DNA of 64,000 nucleotides from Macrostomum lignano (Eukaryota): NCBI GenBank assembly GCA_002269645.1, contig NIVC01003668.1, positions 19,962 to 83,961 of the forward strand, read 5' to 3'. Shown piece by piece: positions 11,595 to 24,564 of this stretch (position 1 is its first letter; each line of letters starts with the position of its first letter). The notes under the pieces were generated by a model. It saw only the letters and a program-made list of their open reading frames with translations, ran no database searches and was not told where the DNA came from. The position numbers and the translations under genes were made by a program.

Positions 11595-12329
11595 TTATGA
11601 TTATAATTAGATAAACTGATAATAAAATCACGATCACGAGCGAAATATCTGAAATATTTGACAGATTTTTATCAATTCTTTCATTAACAATTAGAAACTA
11701 GTGGTGCTGTCTGAAATTCTAAAATAACATTTTGCGTGCAAAAGTTGTAACGTTTAATAAAACTTTAGCGATCAAAAAACTTTTTGCGTAAATTTTGATC
11801 TCTGATTTGATATTTTGGTTCAATTATTAATGGTGTTTCTGGTATCATAGTGTTCACAAGCGAGTTTATAAAATGAAACTGTGTCTGTTTTGTTGTTTGA
11901 TTTTCATACTTTATCAAAAAGATTTCTAAATTACAAAATATGACTGTAGATTATTTATGTTAACCAAGAATTTGACAATCTTAAGAAGGCGTGTCTGATC
12001 TTAGGAAAAATTCTCTGATTTAGTGAAGCAAATTAATTCAAGCCGCTTACATTTACTTCACATGCAATTGTTGAAAGGCACCAAAATTCATTATAAAATT
12101 TTGATTCTTCAACATAAATGTGCTCAAATCAATGTTTGGCCATTATTTTTTAATCCTCTATTCAGTCTATTTATCATAGATAATTTGGTGTTTACTGCGT
12201 TTCATAAAATCATTGCCATGATGGTAATGATGATGATTGATTTGATAATACATTCGAATGAAGCCAGATTTTTATATTAATTGCACAACACTTTCATCTG
12301 CCGTAGTCTTTGTAATTTATTATATAATC

Positions 12330-12428
12330 TGCCTGTCTGACTGTCTTTCCGTTTGTCTTTCTGTCTGTCTGCCTGCCTGTCTGTCTGTCTGTTTGTCTGT
12401 GTCTTAGTGTCTGTCTGACTGTCTTTCC

Positions 12429-12478
<50 letters not shown>

Positions 12479-12621
12479 GTCTGTCTGTCTGCCTGTCTGC
12501 CTGTCTGCCTGCTTGTCTGTCTGTCTGTCTGTCTGTCTCTGTCTGTCTGTCTGCCTGTCTGCCTGTCTGCCTGCTTGTCTGTCTGTCTGTCTGCCTGCTT
12601 GTCTGTCTGTCTGTCTGCCTG

Positions 12622-12653
<32 letters not shown>

Positions 12654-13000
12654 CCTGTCTGTCTGCCTGCCTGTCTGTCTGTCTGTCTGTCTGTCTGTCT
12701 GAGTGTCTGTCTGAGTGTCTGTCTGTCTGTCTGTCTGAGTGTCTGTCTGAGTGTCTGTCTGTCTGTCTCTCTGTCTGTCTATCTGCCTGTCTGTCTGTCT
12801 GTCTGTCTGTCTGTCTTTCTGTCTGTCTGTCTGCCTGTCTGTCTGCCTGCCTTTCTGTCTGTCTGTCTGCCTGCCTGTCTGTCTGTCTGCCTGTCTGCCT
12901 GCTTGTCTTTCTGTCTGTCTGTCTGCCTGTCTGTCTGCCTGCCTGTCTGTCTGTCTGCCTGTCTGCCTGCCTGCCTGCCTGTCTGTCTGTCTGTCTGCCT
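12330..13000. repeat. (CTGT)n/(CTGC)n microsatellite
   Basis: Seen directly. Confidence 0.97.
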
Positions 13001-13512
13001 GTCGGTCTCTGGGGTCCAGACAGGGAATGGAATCAGTCACAGAGAAGGTTATTAGTTCATCAGTCTGCAGAACTGATTGCCTGTTCCAGCTTGTATTCCG
13101 TTTACCGGAAAGGCACCTAGACAGAGGAAATGAAACCCTGGAGTGGGATTTAATCTAACCGAATTCAAATTTCCCAGACAGAACCGCAGCGTATCCGTCT
13201 GAAGGAGCTCCTCAGAGTGGTCTGGATCTTAAATAAATGTGTTTTGCACAGAAAGCAGTCTGTGTACTATCTCGGTACTTCATGTGCATTACGAGTATTC
13301 CACTGTTCCAGTGGCAATTCGTTAATTTCCTGTTATCTCCCCACGGCTGTCAATCTATCTGTTCGTTGGAAAAATAAGAGCGAAAAAAAGATTTTAATTT
13401 CCGCTCAGTTTGAATAAAGATGCTGTAGCCTATTCAGGCCGCACCCGCAGATGTTCATTTATAATTAAATGTGTTCGGGCACTCGCGTGATGTCTGAGGG
13501 TTTTGGGAAGCC

Positions 13513-13518
13513 TATAAA
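13513..13518 (+). promoter_or_regulatory. Candidate TATA box of the CAP gene
   Basis: TATAAA ~90 nt upstream of the ATG at 13602. Confidence 0.4.
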
Positions 13519-13601
13519 TTCATCGCAGCTGGTGGCCCCTTGATCGGACATGCAACAACAACCAGTTTGAGTCAAGCGATTTTTCTGACATACTTTCAGG
13601 C

Positions 13602-16600
13602 ATGGCACTGTATTTCGATCGACTCGGTAAGTAACTCGTCTGTTTAGTACGTGCGCATCATCCTTGACTCTTCAGCGATATCCTTGACTCTTCAACGATA
13701 TCCTTGACTCTTCAGCGATATCCTTGACTCTTCAGCGATATCCTTGACTCTTCAGCAATGTCCGTGACTCTTTAGTGACGTACTTGACTCTTCAGCGATA
13801 TCCTTGACTCTTCAGCGATATCCTTGACTCTTCAACGATATCCTTGACTCTTCAGCGATATCCTTGACTCTTCAGCGATATCCTTGACTCTTCAGCAATG
13901 TCCGTGACTCTTTAGTGACGTACTTGACTATTCAGCGGTATCCTTGACTCTTTAGTGACATCCTTGACTCTTTAGTGACATCCTTGACTCTTTAGTGACA
14001 TCCTTGACTCTTTAGTGACATCCTTGACTCTTTAGTGACATCCTTGACTCTTCAGCGATGTCCGTGACTCTTTAGTGACATCCTTGACTCTTTAGTGACA
14101 TCCTTGACTCTTTAGTGACATCCTTGACTCTTTAGTGACATCCTTGACTCTTTAGTGACATCCTTGACTCTTTAGTGACATCCTTGACTCTTTAGTGACA
14201 TCCTTGACTCTTTAGTGACATCCTTGACTCTTTAGTGACATCCTTGACTCTTCAGCGATGTCCGTGACTCTTTAGTGACGTCCTTGACTCATCAGTGACG
14301 TCCCTTGACTCCTCGGTGACATCCTTGACTCTTTGGTGACATCCTTGACTCCTCGGTGACATCCTTGACTCCTCGGTGACATCCTTGACTCCTCGGTGAC
14401 ATCCTTGACTCCTCGGTGACATCCTTGACTCTTTGATTACATCTTTGACTCTCCGGTGACATTCTTGACTCTTCAGTAACGTCCTTGAATCACCAGTGAC
14501 GTACTTGACTCTTCAGTGACGTCCTTGACTCTTCAGCGATGTCCTTGACTCTTCAGCGATGTCCTTGACTCTTCAGCGATGTCCTTGACTCTTCAGCGAT
14601 GTCCTTGACTCTTCAGCGATGTCCTTGACTCTTCAGTGACATCCTTGACTCTTTAGTGACATCCTTGACTCTTTAGTGACATCCTTGACTCTTTAGTGAC
14701 ATCCTTGACTCTTTAGTGACATCCTTGACTCTTTAGTGACATCCTTGACTCTTTAGTGACATCCTTGACTCTTCAGCGATGTCCGTGACTCTTTAGTGAC
14801 GTCCTTGACTCCTCGGTGACATCCTTGACTCCTCGGTGACATCCTTGACTCTTTGGTGACATCCTTGACTCCTCGGTGACATCCTTGACTCCTCGGTGAC
14901 ATCCTTGACTCCTCGGTGACATCCTTGACTCTTCGGTGACATCCTTGACTCTTTGATTACATCTTTGACTCTCCGGTGACATTCTTGACTCTTCAGTAAC
15001 GTCCTTGAATCACCAGTGACGTACTTGACTCTTCAGTGACGTCCTTGACTCTTCAGCGATGTCCTTGACTCTTCAGCGATGTCCTTGACTCTTCAGCGAT
15101 GTCCTTGACTCTTCAGCGATGTCCTTGACTCTTCAGTGACATCCTTGGCTCATCAGTGACGGCCTTGACTCTTAAGTAGCATCAAGTGATTTTTAGTGAC
15201 TTTCTTGACATTTTTGTGACTTGTGAGTCTACAAGTGATGCATGTATCCGTGCGACTCTCCGGTGATTTTCTCGAATCTCGAGTGACCCTATTTGAGTCT
15301 GATATGTACAGCAGCATATATAACCAGGAGCCCTAAAACCTGCAGTCTGCCTGTCGCTCCTGCTGCTGCTCGTATCGATCAGCCACACCGAGGGAGAGCT
15401 GGTGGCGCTGAGCAAAGCTGACAAGCAGATCATCCTGGACACGCACAATGTGCTCCGAGCCCGGACTGCCAGAGGCGAGACTGGCAGCCAGCCCAGCGCC
15501 GCTGATATGATGCTCTTGGTGAGAGAGAGCCCTTGGATGTAGCCAGTCTAAACCCCACTAAGACCCACTTCCGGTCAATCAATGGGACACCGGAAACCCT
15601 GCTCAGATTTTTTACCGAAACTGAACCTGCGGCCTCCAACACTTCCGTCAGGAATGGGACGACAGGCTGATGGAGAAGGCGGCTAATTGGGCTTCGCAGT
15701 GCAAAGTCGGACACGACACTCCGGCTGAACGGGTGATTCCCGGACACAAGTGGGTCGGGCAGAACTGGGCGGGCGGTCACAGCACCAACCTCAGCCTGTG
15801 AGTCATTTGAAATACCGGCTTGTATGAGTTTAGCACTCTATTAATAACACTCAGAACACGTTCCCTGCGCAACCAGCTTCGTGGATCTCTGGTACGTGGA
15901 GCACAATGACTACAACTTCGCGGCCAAAACGTGCACCCCCGAGAAGATGTGCGGCCACTACACCCAGGTGGTCTGGTCCCGGACCCTGCTGGTCGGCTGC
16001 GCCGCTGCCACCTGCCCGGGCTACCTTCGCATTCTGGTCTGCGACTACGCTGACGGTGGCAACGTTGGCACCTACCCAGCCTACGAGAGCGGCTCACCGG
16101 CCAGCAAGTGCGTCGGCGAGTACACCTACACTAGCGGCGGCCTCTGCCTGCGCCGCGACCAGTGCGCCGCCATGTACACCGGCGGCGGCAGAATCGGCGG
16201 CGGCGTCGACGGCGGCGGCGGAACCGGAGGCGCCGACCCTGGCAGTGCCCCGTCGCCAACAACAAAAACAGCAACAACAACGTCGGCTGCCACCACGACC
16301 ACCTTTGACCCGTGGGACGGCTGGACATTCGACGACGGCTACGAGTACTTGCACGGCGAGGAGGCGAAGACGAAGCGATCGCGCGTTCGTCGCGGCACCG
16401 ACGGCGGCTGCCGGTGCGCCATCCAATGCTTGAATGGTGGCACTCTGGACTCGGCCAACTGCAAGTGCAGCTGCACTCCCGACTACTACGGCACCAGATG
16501 CGAGAGTGAGTTGCCTGCCGATCAGGGGCGCGGCGGGGAGGGCAAGAGGGGCCGCGGCGCCCTCCAGCAAGCTGATGAAAAATTATGCAATCCCGTTGCC

Positions 16601-17276
16601 AGCTGATTTGGCGCCCCTTTTTGAGCCATGGCGCTCCTTGGTGCTGGCGCCCCTTGGTGCTGGCGCCCCTTGGTGCTGGCGCCCCTTGGTTGCTGGCGCC
16701 CCTTGGTGCTGGCGCCCCTTGGTGCTGGCGCCCCTTGGTTGCTGGCGCCCCTTGGTGCTGGCGCCCCTTGGTGCTGGCGCCCCTTGGTTGCTGGCGCCCC
16801 TTGGTGCTGGCGCCCCTTGGTTGCTGGCGCCCCTTGGTGCTGGCGCCCCTTGGTGCTGGCGCCCCTTGGTGCTGGCGCCCCTTGGTTGCTGGCGCCCCTT
16901 TTTGTGCATGTCGCGGATTGTCACACCTTGGTGTCTTTTCTGAGCAAATTTTTTTTTCAGTTTTTGAATAAGGGGGAATGGGGCCGGCTGGTTGGGCCTT
17001 GGTGAATTAGTGAATTATTGTGAAGAAAGGAAATCCGTCAGCTAGGATGAATGATCAGCGAGATGGGGAATAACTAAATTAAAATAAATTTCTAAAACAA
17101 CTCTCGCAGTGACCTGCAGCGACCCGGAAATGTTCAGAAGCAACTGCGAGAGCGACCCGGACGCTTGTAAGACATTCCCGATGTTCTGCCCGAAGACCTG
17201 CAACGGCTGCAAAGCTGGCGACATTCGCGACAAAGCGGTAGTTAATGCTGACGGAGTGCTGGCCCGCCTGCCTTGA
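13602..17276 (+). CDS. Secreted CAP/SCP (CRISP/venom-allergen-like) protein with C-terminal EGF-like and ShKT-like domains
   Basis: Phase-compatible exons 13602-13626, 15328-15518, 15652-15797, 15877-16505, 17110-17276. Signal peptide (VCLSLLLLLVSISHTEG); CAP motifs HNVLR, AADMMLL, VGQNW, GHYTQVVWS, LVCDY..GGN; EGF CLNGGTLDSANCKCSCTPDYYGTRC; ShK-like C..C..C..CPKTCNGC. Confidence 0.9.
13660..15215. repeat. 20-bp minisatellite filling intron 1 of the CAP gene
   Basis: TCCTTGACTCTT(C/T)AG(C/T)GA(C/T)(A/G) units, with higher-order block duplication. Confidence 0.95.
16625..16900. repeat. 16/17-bp minisatellite in the last CAP intron
   Basis: GGCGCCCCTTGGT(T)GCT units. Confidence 0.95.
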
Positions 17277-18044
17277 TCAATCTGTCATTATCAATCTTAT
17301 GATCTGTCAATATATCAAACTATCAATCTAAATATATCAAACTTGAGATCCATCAATCTTAAGATACATTAACCTATCAATCTATCAATCTCAGTCTGTC
17401 AATCTATCAATTTATCAATCTCACAGTTTGTCAATCTGTCAATTTATCAATCTCACAGTGTAACTAAGTGCGGCCGCACGAACAAGTAAACATCACCCTA
17501 CTGGTGTCGGTTTCCTTACTAGTATAAAAATGAGAAACAATAAACAATAATAAACACTTTATATTGATATAAGTCGGATTGAAAAATCGTGCCATCTGGA
17601 TAAATATGAATATGCTACTTATTTCTCTCATACATTAAAGTTTTATTATATAATACGCAAGTATTCTGCCACGAAGCGCAAGACAAGCGTCATGCAAATT
17701 TATTTAGAATTCGACATTCGCGATAGCAACAAAAATGACGAATTAAGCGTAACTAGCAGATCGAACCAGCAGTGAAATTCTAAGGTATGAAAATACAGCT
17801 AAAACAGATTAAAGCAAATCCACGCAATTTGGGTATAAATTAATCATAATGTTTATTGTTGCATTATTGGTAACAAGCAAAAAAGAAACTTTAATATGCA
17901 GGTAGAAGTGCAGCATTTCATGGTAGGATAAAGCACAATCTTCTCATTTGCTGTCATAATGAATAAGCTAATAAAAAACCAAGCAAAAAAACTTGAAAAA
18001 TATTTATACAAAACCGTGCCCCTACAAATAAATGTTCCTTCACT

Positions 18045-18715
18045 TTCTAGGAAATCTCACCCCTATGAGACATCAGGGTGTCTAGGAAATCTCACCCCTA
18101 TGAGACATCAGTGTCTAGGAAATCTCACCCCTATGAGACATTAGTGCTCAGGAAATCTCACCCCTATGAGACATCAGTGTCTAGGAAATCTCACCCCTAT
18201 AAGACATTAGTGCTCAGGAAATCTCACCCCTATGAGACATCAGTGTCTAGGAAATCTCACCCCTATAAGACATTAGTGCTCAGGAAATCTCACCCCTATG
18301 AGACATCAGTGTCTAGGAAATCTCACCCCTATAAGACATTAGTGCTCAGGAAATCTCACCCCTATGAGACATCAGGGTGTCTAGAAAAACTCACCCCTAT
18401 GAGACATCAGAGTGTCTAGAAAAACTCACCCCTATGAGACATCAGAGTGTCTAGGAAATCTCACCCCTATGAGACATCAGGGTGTCTAGAAAAACTCACC
18501 CCTATGAGACATCAGAGTGTCTAGGAAATCTCACCCCTATGAGACATCAGAGTGTCTAGGAAATCTCACCCCTATGAGACATCAGGGTGTCTAGGAAATC
18601 TCACCCCTATGAGACATCAGGGTGTCTAGGAAATCTCACCCCTATGAGACATCAGGGTGTCTAGGAAATCTCACCCCTATGAGACATTGGTGCCTAGGAA
18701 ATCTCACCCTTTAGA
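18045..18715. repeat. 33-35-bp minisatellite downstream of the POR stop
   Basis: AGGAAATCTCACCCCTATGAGACAT core; same family as 20470-21099. Confidence 0.95.
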
Positions 18716-18835
18716 GAAATCCGCGAGACAATTTCTTATTAACCTTAAACGCATGCACTCCGTAGGGTCAGCATCTTGTATTGTTTCAAAGTTAGGATCA
18801 ATAGTAATCAGTTAACGGCATGTACTCCTGCCAGA

Positions 18836-21800
18836 TCAGCTCCACACATCGGCGCTGTACCGACCTTTATTAGACAACTTCTTGATGTAGTCCTGCGCCT
18901 CCTGACGGCTCTTGCTGCCGTGCTTCTCAACGATCTCCTCCAGGGCGGCCATCACGTCCCTGGCCATGTGCTTGGCGTCGCCGCACACGTAGAAGTGACC
19001 GCCCAACTCCAGCACCTCCCAGATCTCGCGGCTGTTCTCGTCCCGGCGCATCAGGTGCTGCACGTACACTTTCTCGCCTTGGTCGCGAGAGAAGGCCACC
19101 TGGTGTGAGAGGGATTAGCGGGAGATTAACTATAGACGTATTTTATGAATTACCTAAATTCTAAAAGAACTGGTAGATTATTTTTATACACAGATGGATA
19201 TCTGTATAAACTAGCGGATTATCCATATAAACTAGCGGATTATCTATATAAACTAGCGGATTATCCATATAAACTAGCGGATTATCCATATAAACTAGCG
19301 GATTATCTATATAAACTAGCGGATTATCTATATAAACTAGCGGATTATCTATATAAACTAGCGGATTATCTATATAAAATAGCGGATTATCTATATAAAC
19401 TAGCGGATTATCTATATAAACTAGCGGATTATCTATATAAACTAGCGGATTATCTATATAAACTAGCGGATTATCTATATAAACTAGCGGACTATCTATA
19501 TAAACTAGCGGATTATCTATATAAACTAGCGGATTATCTATATAAACTAGCGGATTATCTATATAAACTAGCGGATTATCTATACAAACTAGCGGATTAT
19601 CTATATAAACTAGCGGATTATCTATATAAACTAGCGGATTATCTATATAAACTAGCGGATTATCCATATAAACTAGCGGATTATCCATATAAACTAGCGG
19701 ATTATCTATATAAACTAGCGGATTATCTATACAAACTAGCGGATTATCTATATAAACTAGCGGATTATCTATATAAACTAGCGGATTATCTATATAATCT
19801 AGCGGATTATCCATAAAAACTAGCGGATTATCCGTATAGTGGTTTATCAATATCAAGCCAATAAATACAAGCAGACAACAGTAAACGCACCTGCAGATTA
19901 GTAATAACACCTTTATCTTTCCAAGCCTCCAACTCTTGAGAATAGATGTAATCAATGTCCCGATTCCGGCAGCCAGTATACAGAATAGTCTTGCCAACCG
20001 GCTTGCCCTGGTCTTTAGCCCATTCGCGCTCCTGTAGGAAGCCGCGAAACGGAGCGAACCCGGTGCCCGGGCCGACCATGATCACCGGGGTCTGGTGCTT
20101 GTACGGCAGGCGGAACTGGCTGCGGCGAACGTACACTGGCAGCTGGGCCGGCTTGTCGGCGAATTCGCCAGTAGCAACGCCGAGTACAAGACGATTTGTC
20201 GATGTTGTATAGCGCACCACAGCGGCGCAGACGTGAACGGATTTGGGGTGCAGCTTCGGGGAGCTGGCTATGCTGTAGTAGCGAGCCTGCAGGCGGGGCA
20301 GCAGCTCGCACAGGTGGTCCGGCGGCGGCTTCACACTGTCGAGGTCCTCCAGTACGGCTACAATATGCCGCCTGGCGCTGATGATCCAGTCGTGGTAGAG
20401 GGCCTGGGTGCGGTTGCGGTTCATCCGTGACCATTGGGTGCGATCCCGGCTGAGTCAGCAGGGTAGCTTGGAAATCTCACCCCTATGAGGCTATGAGACA
20501 CCTGAGTTTCCTGGAAATCTCGCCCCTATGAGGCTATGAGACACCTGAGTTTCCTGGAAATCTCACCCTTATGAGACATCCACGAGTTTCCTGGAAATCT
20601 CACCCCTATGAGGCTATGAGACACCTGAGTTTCCTGAAAATCTCACTCCTATGAGGCTATGAGACACCTGAGTTTCCTGGAAATATCGCCCCTATGAGGC
20701 TATGAGACACCTGAGTTTCCTGGAAATCTCACCCTTATGAGACATCCACGAGTTTCCTGGAAATCTCACCCCTATGAGACATCCACGAGTTTCTTGGGAA
20801 ATCTCACCCTTATGAGACATCAGGAGATCCGTAGGAAATCTCACCCTTATGAGACATCGGGAGATCCCTAGGAAATCTCACCCTATGATACATGAGGAGA
20901 TCCCTAGGAAATCTCACCCTATGATACATGAGGAGATCCCTAGGAAATCTCACCCTATGATACATGAGGAGATCCCTAGGAAATCTCACCCTATGAGACA
21001 TGAGGAGATCCCTAGGAAATCTCACCCCTATGAGACATCAGGAGATTCCTAGCAAATCTCACCCCTATGAGACATCAGGAGATCCCTAGCAAATCTCACC
21101 TTTCCCTCTTCAGTATTGCTGCCCATCTTCTTCAGCATCTGCTTGTGCTCCTCATTGTCAGTATAGTCGCTCAGCTCGTTCAACAAATTAGTTTTGGGAT
21201 TGGCGGTGATATCCAGATAGTGCAGGAAGGCGATGCGATAAGTGGTTGGGCAGGGAAACGGGTGCTTCTTAGTGCTGTCATCGTCCACATTGTTCAGCGA
21301 GAACGGCTGATCCAGATCGCACTGGAGCAGTTCGCCCAGCTTGTCAACCAGTTCGCTTCGATTAACCGGATAAACGGCCACGTGATCTCCGGACTCGTAG
21401 CGGATTCGAGAATCGCCAATGTCCAACTCCAGGTGTAAACAGCTGCGGTCACCGCCAGTGTGCAGCTCGCGATTCTCAGTGACCGCCGCCATATAGGGAT
21501 TCTTGGCGTCGAATGGCGGCCTCTGACGCTGCAGACTGCCCAGACGGGAGATCTCGCCTTTGTAGAGCTTTTCTGGCGGCACAGAGCCGGGCTCGTGGTT
21601 CACCAGCTGGTACTGCCGATACTTGATGTCCTGCGCCTCTGCGCTGACTCCCAACTGCTGACAGGCCGCCGGCCACATGCCCTCTTTCCAGTTGTTGAAA
21701 TCTTCCTCAATATTGGCATCGTCGTCGCCAAGCCCCAATTCGTAGATTCGTTTGGCGCCGAGTTCTTCGAGTTTCTTGTCAACTAGCTGGCCGATAGCGT

Positions 21801-23171
21801 TGTAGTGCTCGTAGGTCTTGTTGCCAAGGCCGAACACGCAGTAGTTGACGCCTGTTAAGTCCAGCTCGTTGCGATCGCAGTCCTTCAGCATGGTGAAGAA
21901 CTCCTGGGTAAGGGTTTGTAGATTTTATCTTTAACGGGAATCCTAAAAAAACTTTACTTAATACCTTTGCTTCTCATAGATTGGGAAACCCCGCGAATCC
22001 CATAGATTGGTAAACCCCGAGAGTCCCATAGATTGTGAAACACCGGGTATCCATAGATTGTGAAACACCGGGAATCCATAGATTGTGAAACACCGGAAGT
22101 CCCATAGATTGTGAAACACCGGAAGTCCCATAGATTGTGAAACACCGGGAGTCCCATAGATTATGAAACACCGGGAGTCCCATAGATTGTGAAACACCGG
22201 AAGTCCCATAGATTGTGAAACACCGGAAGTCCCATAGATTGTGAAACACCGGGAGTCCCATAGATTATGAAACACCGGGAGTCCCATAGATTGTGAAACA
22301 CCGGAAGTCCCATAGATTGTGAAACACCGGAAGTCCCATAGATTGTGAAACACCGGGAGTCCCATAGATTGAGAAACCCCGGGAGTCCCATAGATTGTGA
22401 AACACCGGGAGTCCCATAGATTGTGAAACACCAGAAATCCCATAGATTTTGAAACACCGGGAGTCCCATAGATTGTGAAACCCCGAGAGTCCCATAGATT
22501 GTGAAACACCGGAAGTCCCATAGATTGTGAAACACCGGGAGTCCCATAGATTGTGAAACACCGGAAGTCCCATAGATTGTGAAACACCGGGAATCCCATA
22601 GATTGGGAAACCCCGGGAGTCCTATAGATTAAGAAACCCTAGGAAACCTTTAGAATTTTGGATTGAGAATCGTTACCCACGGATTGGGAAAACTTTTTTC
22701 CAAAATAGACTAGCAACTACTCACCTGCAGATTATCAGTCGGATCTCCCTCTCCGTAGGTAGCCAGACAGAAAATAGCCAAAGAGTTGGGGATATCAGCC
22801 AGGTGGGCCAGCTCCTTCATGTCGCACTCCTCCGGATCGCAGGACATCGCTCTCAGACCGTAGCGAAGCGCCTCCTTGGACAGTCGAGTAGCGAAATCTT
22901 CGGCTGTGCCAGTCTGAGAGCCGTAGAACACCACAATATTGCGATTCTTTGCCTGCATCTTCGAGATGAAGCTGGACTCGTCGTAGTCATCGGCGGCGGC
23001 ACCCTTTGAAGTCGGCGGAATCGATTGGAAAGAGGCCTGGCCCAGGGTGCTTGGCGGGGCCAGGCCGGATCCATTACCGTTGCGCGGCTTGCGAACGAAT
23101 ACAAAATAATAAACGCAAACCCCGGCAACTCCGCCAATGATTGCGCAATCGAAAGCGCTTAGGCCTAACAT
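18836..23171 (-). CDS. POR: NADPH-cytochrome P450 reductase (~675 aa)
   Basis: Exons 23171-22725, 21903-21100, 20403-19891, 19099-18836, all phase 0. N-terminal membrane anchor; FMN motifs FYGSQTGTAE and ATYGEGDPTDN; FAD motif RYYSIASS; MVGPGTGFAPFRGF; VYVQHL; FYVCGDAKHMARDV; C-terminal DVWS. A very short upstream coding exon near 23230 cannot be excluded. Confidence 0.97.
19190..19830. repeat. 21-bp minisatellite in the last POR intron
   Basis: TATAAACTAGCGGATTATCTA units. Confidence 0.97.
20470..21099. repeat. 36-43-bp minisatellite in a POR intron, beginning at the splice donor
   Basis: GGAAATCTCACCC(C)TATGAGACA units; the last unit supplies the donor GTGAGA at 21099. Confidence 0.93.
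21975..22640. repeat. 26-bp minisatellite in a POR intron
   Basis: TCCCATAGATTGTGAAACACCGG(G/A)AG units. Confidence 0.95.
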
Positions 23172-24564
23172 CTGCAATGTAAGTTAATAGCGATATGTCA
23201 CTTTGCCTTAAGTTGAGAAACAATCACCTGCATGATAAAAAAACTTAGGTAAATGCAATTTTACATATCGCTGACGGCAATTCTGCACATTCCGCTGACT
23301 ACAAGAGCGTCGATACTGTACGAAGCCACGGCCCTGACTTTCTAATCGTCAGGAACGTACACTTTGTGTCTCCTGGTTATCTCTCATACGTGTAAATCGT
23401 ACGACAACCTATGTTATTAAACTAAGCTAACAAATCTAAAATTAAATCTGACCAGTGTTAGTCCGCTATTCGCGTCGCATAGTGAGCAAATAGTGTTATA
23501 TTTTTAGTAAAATTATAATCACTTACATTGGATCTTGATCGCATCTAGTCAAAAACTAACACTGTTCCACCTTCAATGTAAAAAAATTTAAACAAAGCAA
23601 CAGACGAAGTATTCAGATCGCAGCCTTACTTTTTTAAAAAAGCTCGCTAACCAGCCGACACAGATCTATAGCCTCTCCGAGGTTAACTGGGGTGAAGCGA
23701 ACAAAGAAGCCAAGTACTAACTATACACTAATAATGAGCAAAGAGTGAAACGCAAAGGTACGGCCCAACTAATGATATAGACTAGCGAAAGAGAAAGAAA
23801 CCCCCAACCCCCCTCCCAGAGTCCACATTTGTCAGCCAATGAAAGAGTGCCATATGACCATTTTATATTTAAGAGTGCATAGCGACATTGATTTGTAACC
23901 TAAAGACAGAAAGAGAGAACACGAACATTGCACAGCATGCCGCTGACGCCAAGTTTACACTTAGTCAAATGAGTTTAGCAGTATTTTCTTATCTCTTCTC
24001 TCTCTCCCACCGCAGTCTAACCAGTTGAGTCATATCTGACAGTTCAAACAGCTTGACAATGTTTAAAAAGTAGCCTTAGCATTGCTGTTAAAATGTGCCA
24101 AAAAAGCTTATAATGCGTCCATAGCCAGTCAGAGAAATTACACATTTCAAAAAATTCTCTCTTTCTCTCATTTCTTATTTCTTCAATCTTACCTTGAGAA
24201 CCTGGCAAGCTTCAACAAGTACTGGCAAGAGGACAATCTATAGTCCGAAATAGAATTAAAATGACTGAAAGCAGTGGTTGAAGGTAGTTAAGCTCAATAT
24301 TGAATGCTAACAGCTGGTGTTAGCAGTTTATGCAATTTCAAATGAAGGTCAAACTATTCAACTGGCTAGTTATAAACAACTGCTACAACTAAATACTGAA
24401 AGCTGTTACTTTATATTTATTGCTACCATTACAATCGTCTGCCTTGCTCTGGTTCATACATGCCTAACACCCAGCCAACATGGCCAGGTGGCAGGGTGTC
24501 CAAAACAGATATTTTGCTAAATTAATTAATAAAGTACCAAATTCCAAACAGTTAATATCATACA

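Noticed and set aside
9725-22640. Regularly spaced repeats as possible CRISPR arrays
   Set aside because: Units are head-to-tail with no unique spacers, there are no cas genes, and the context is eukaryotic.
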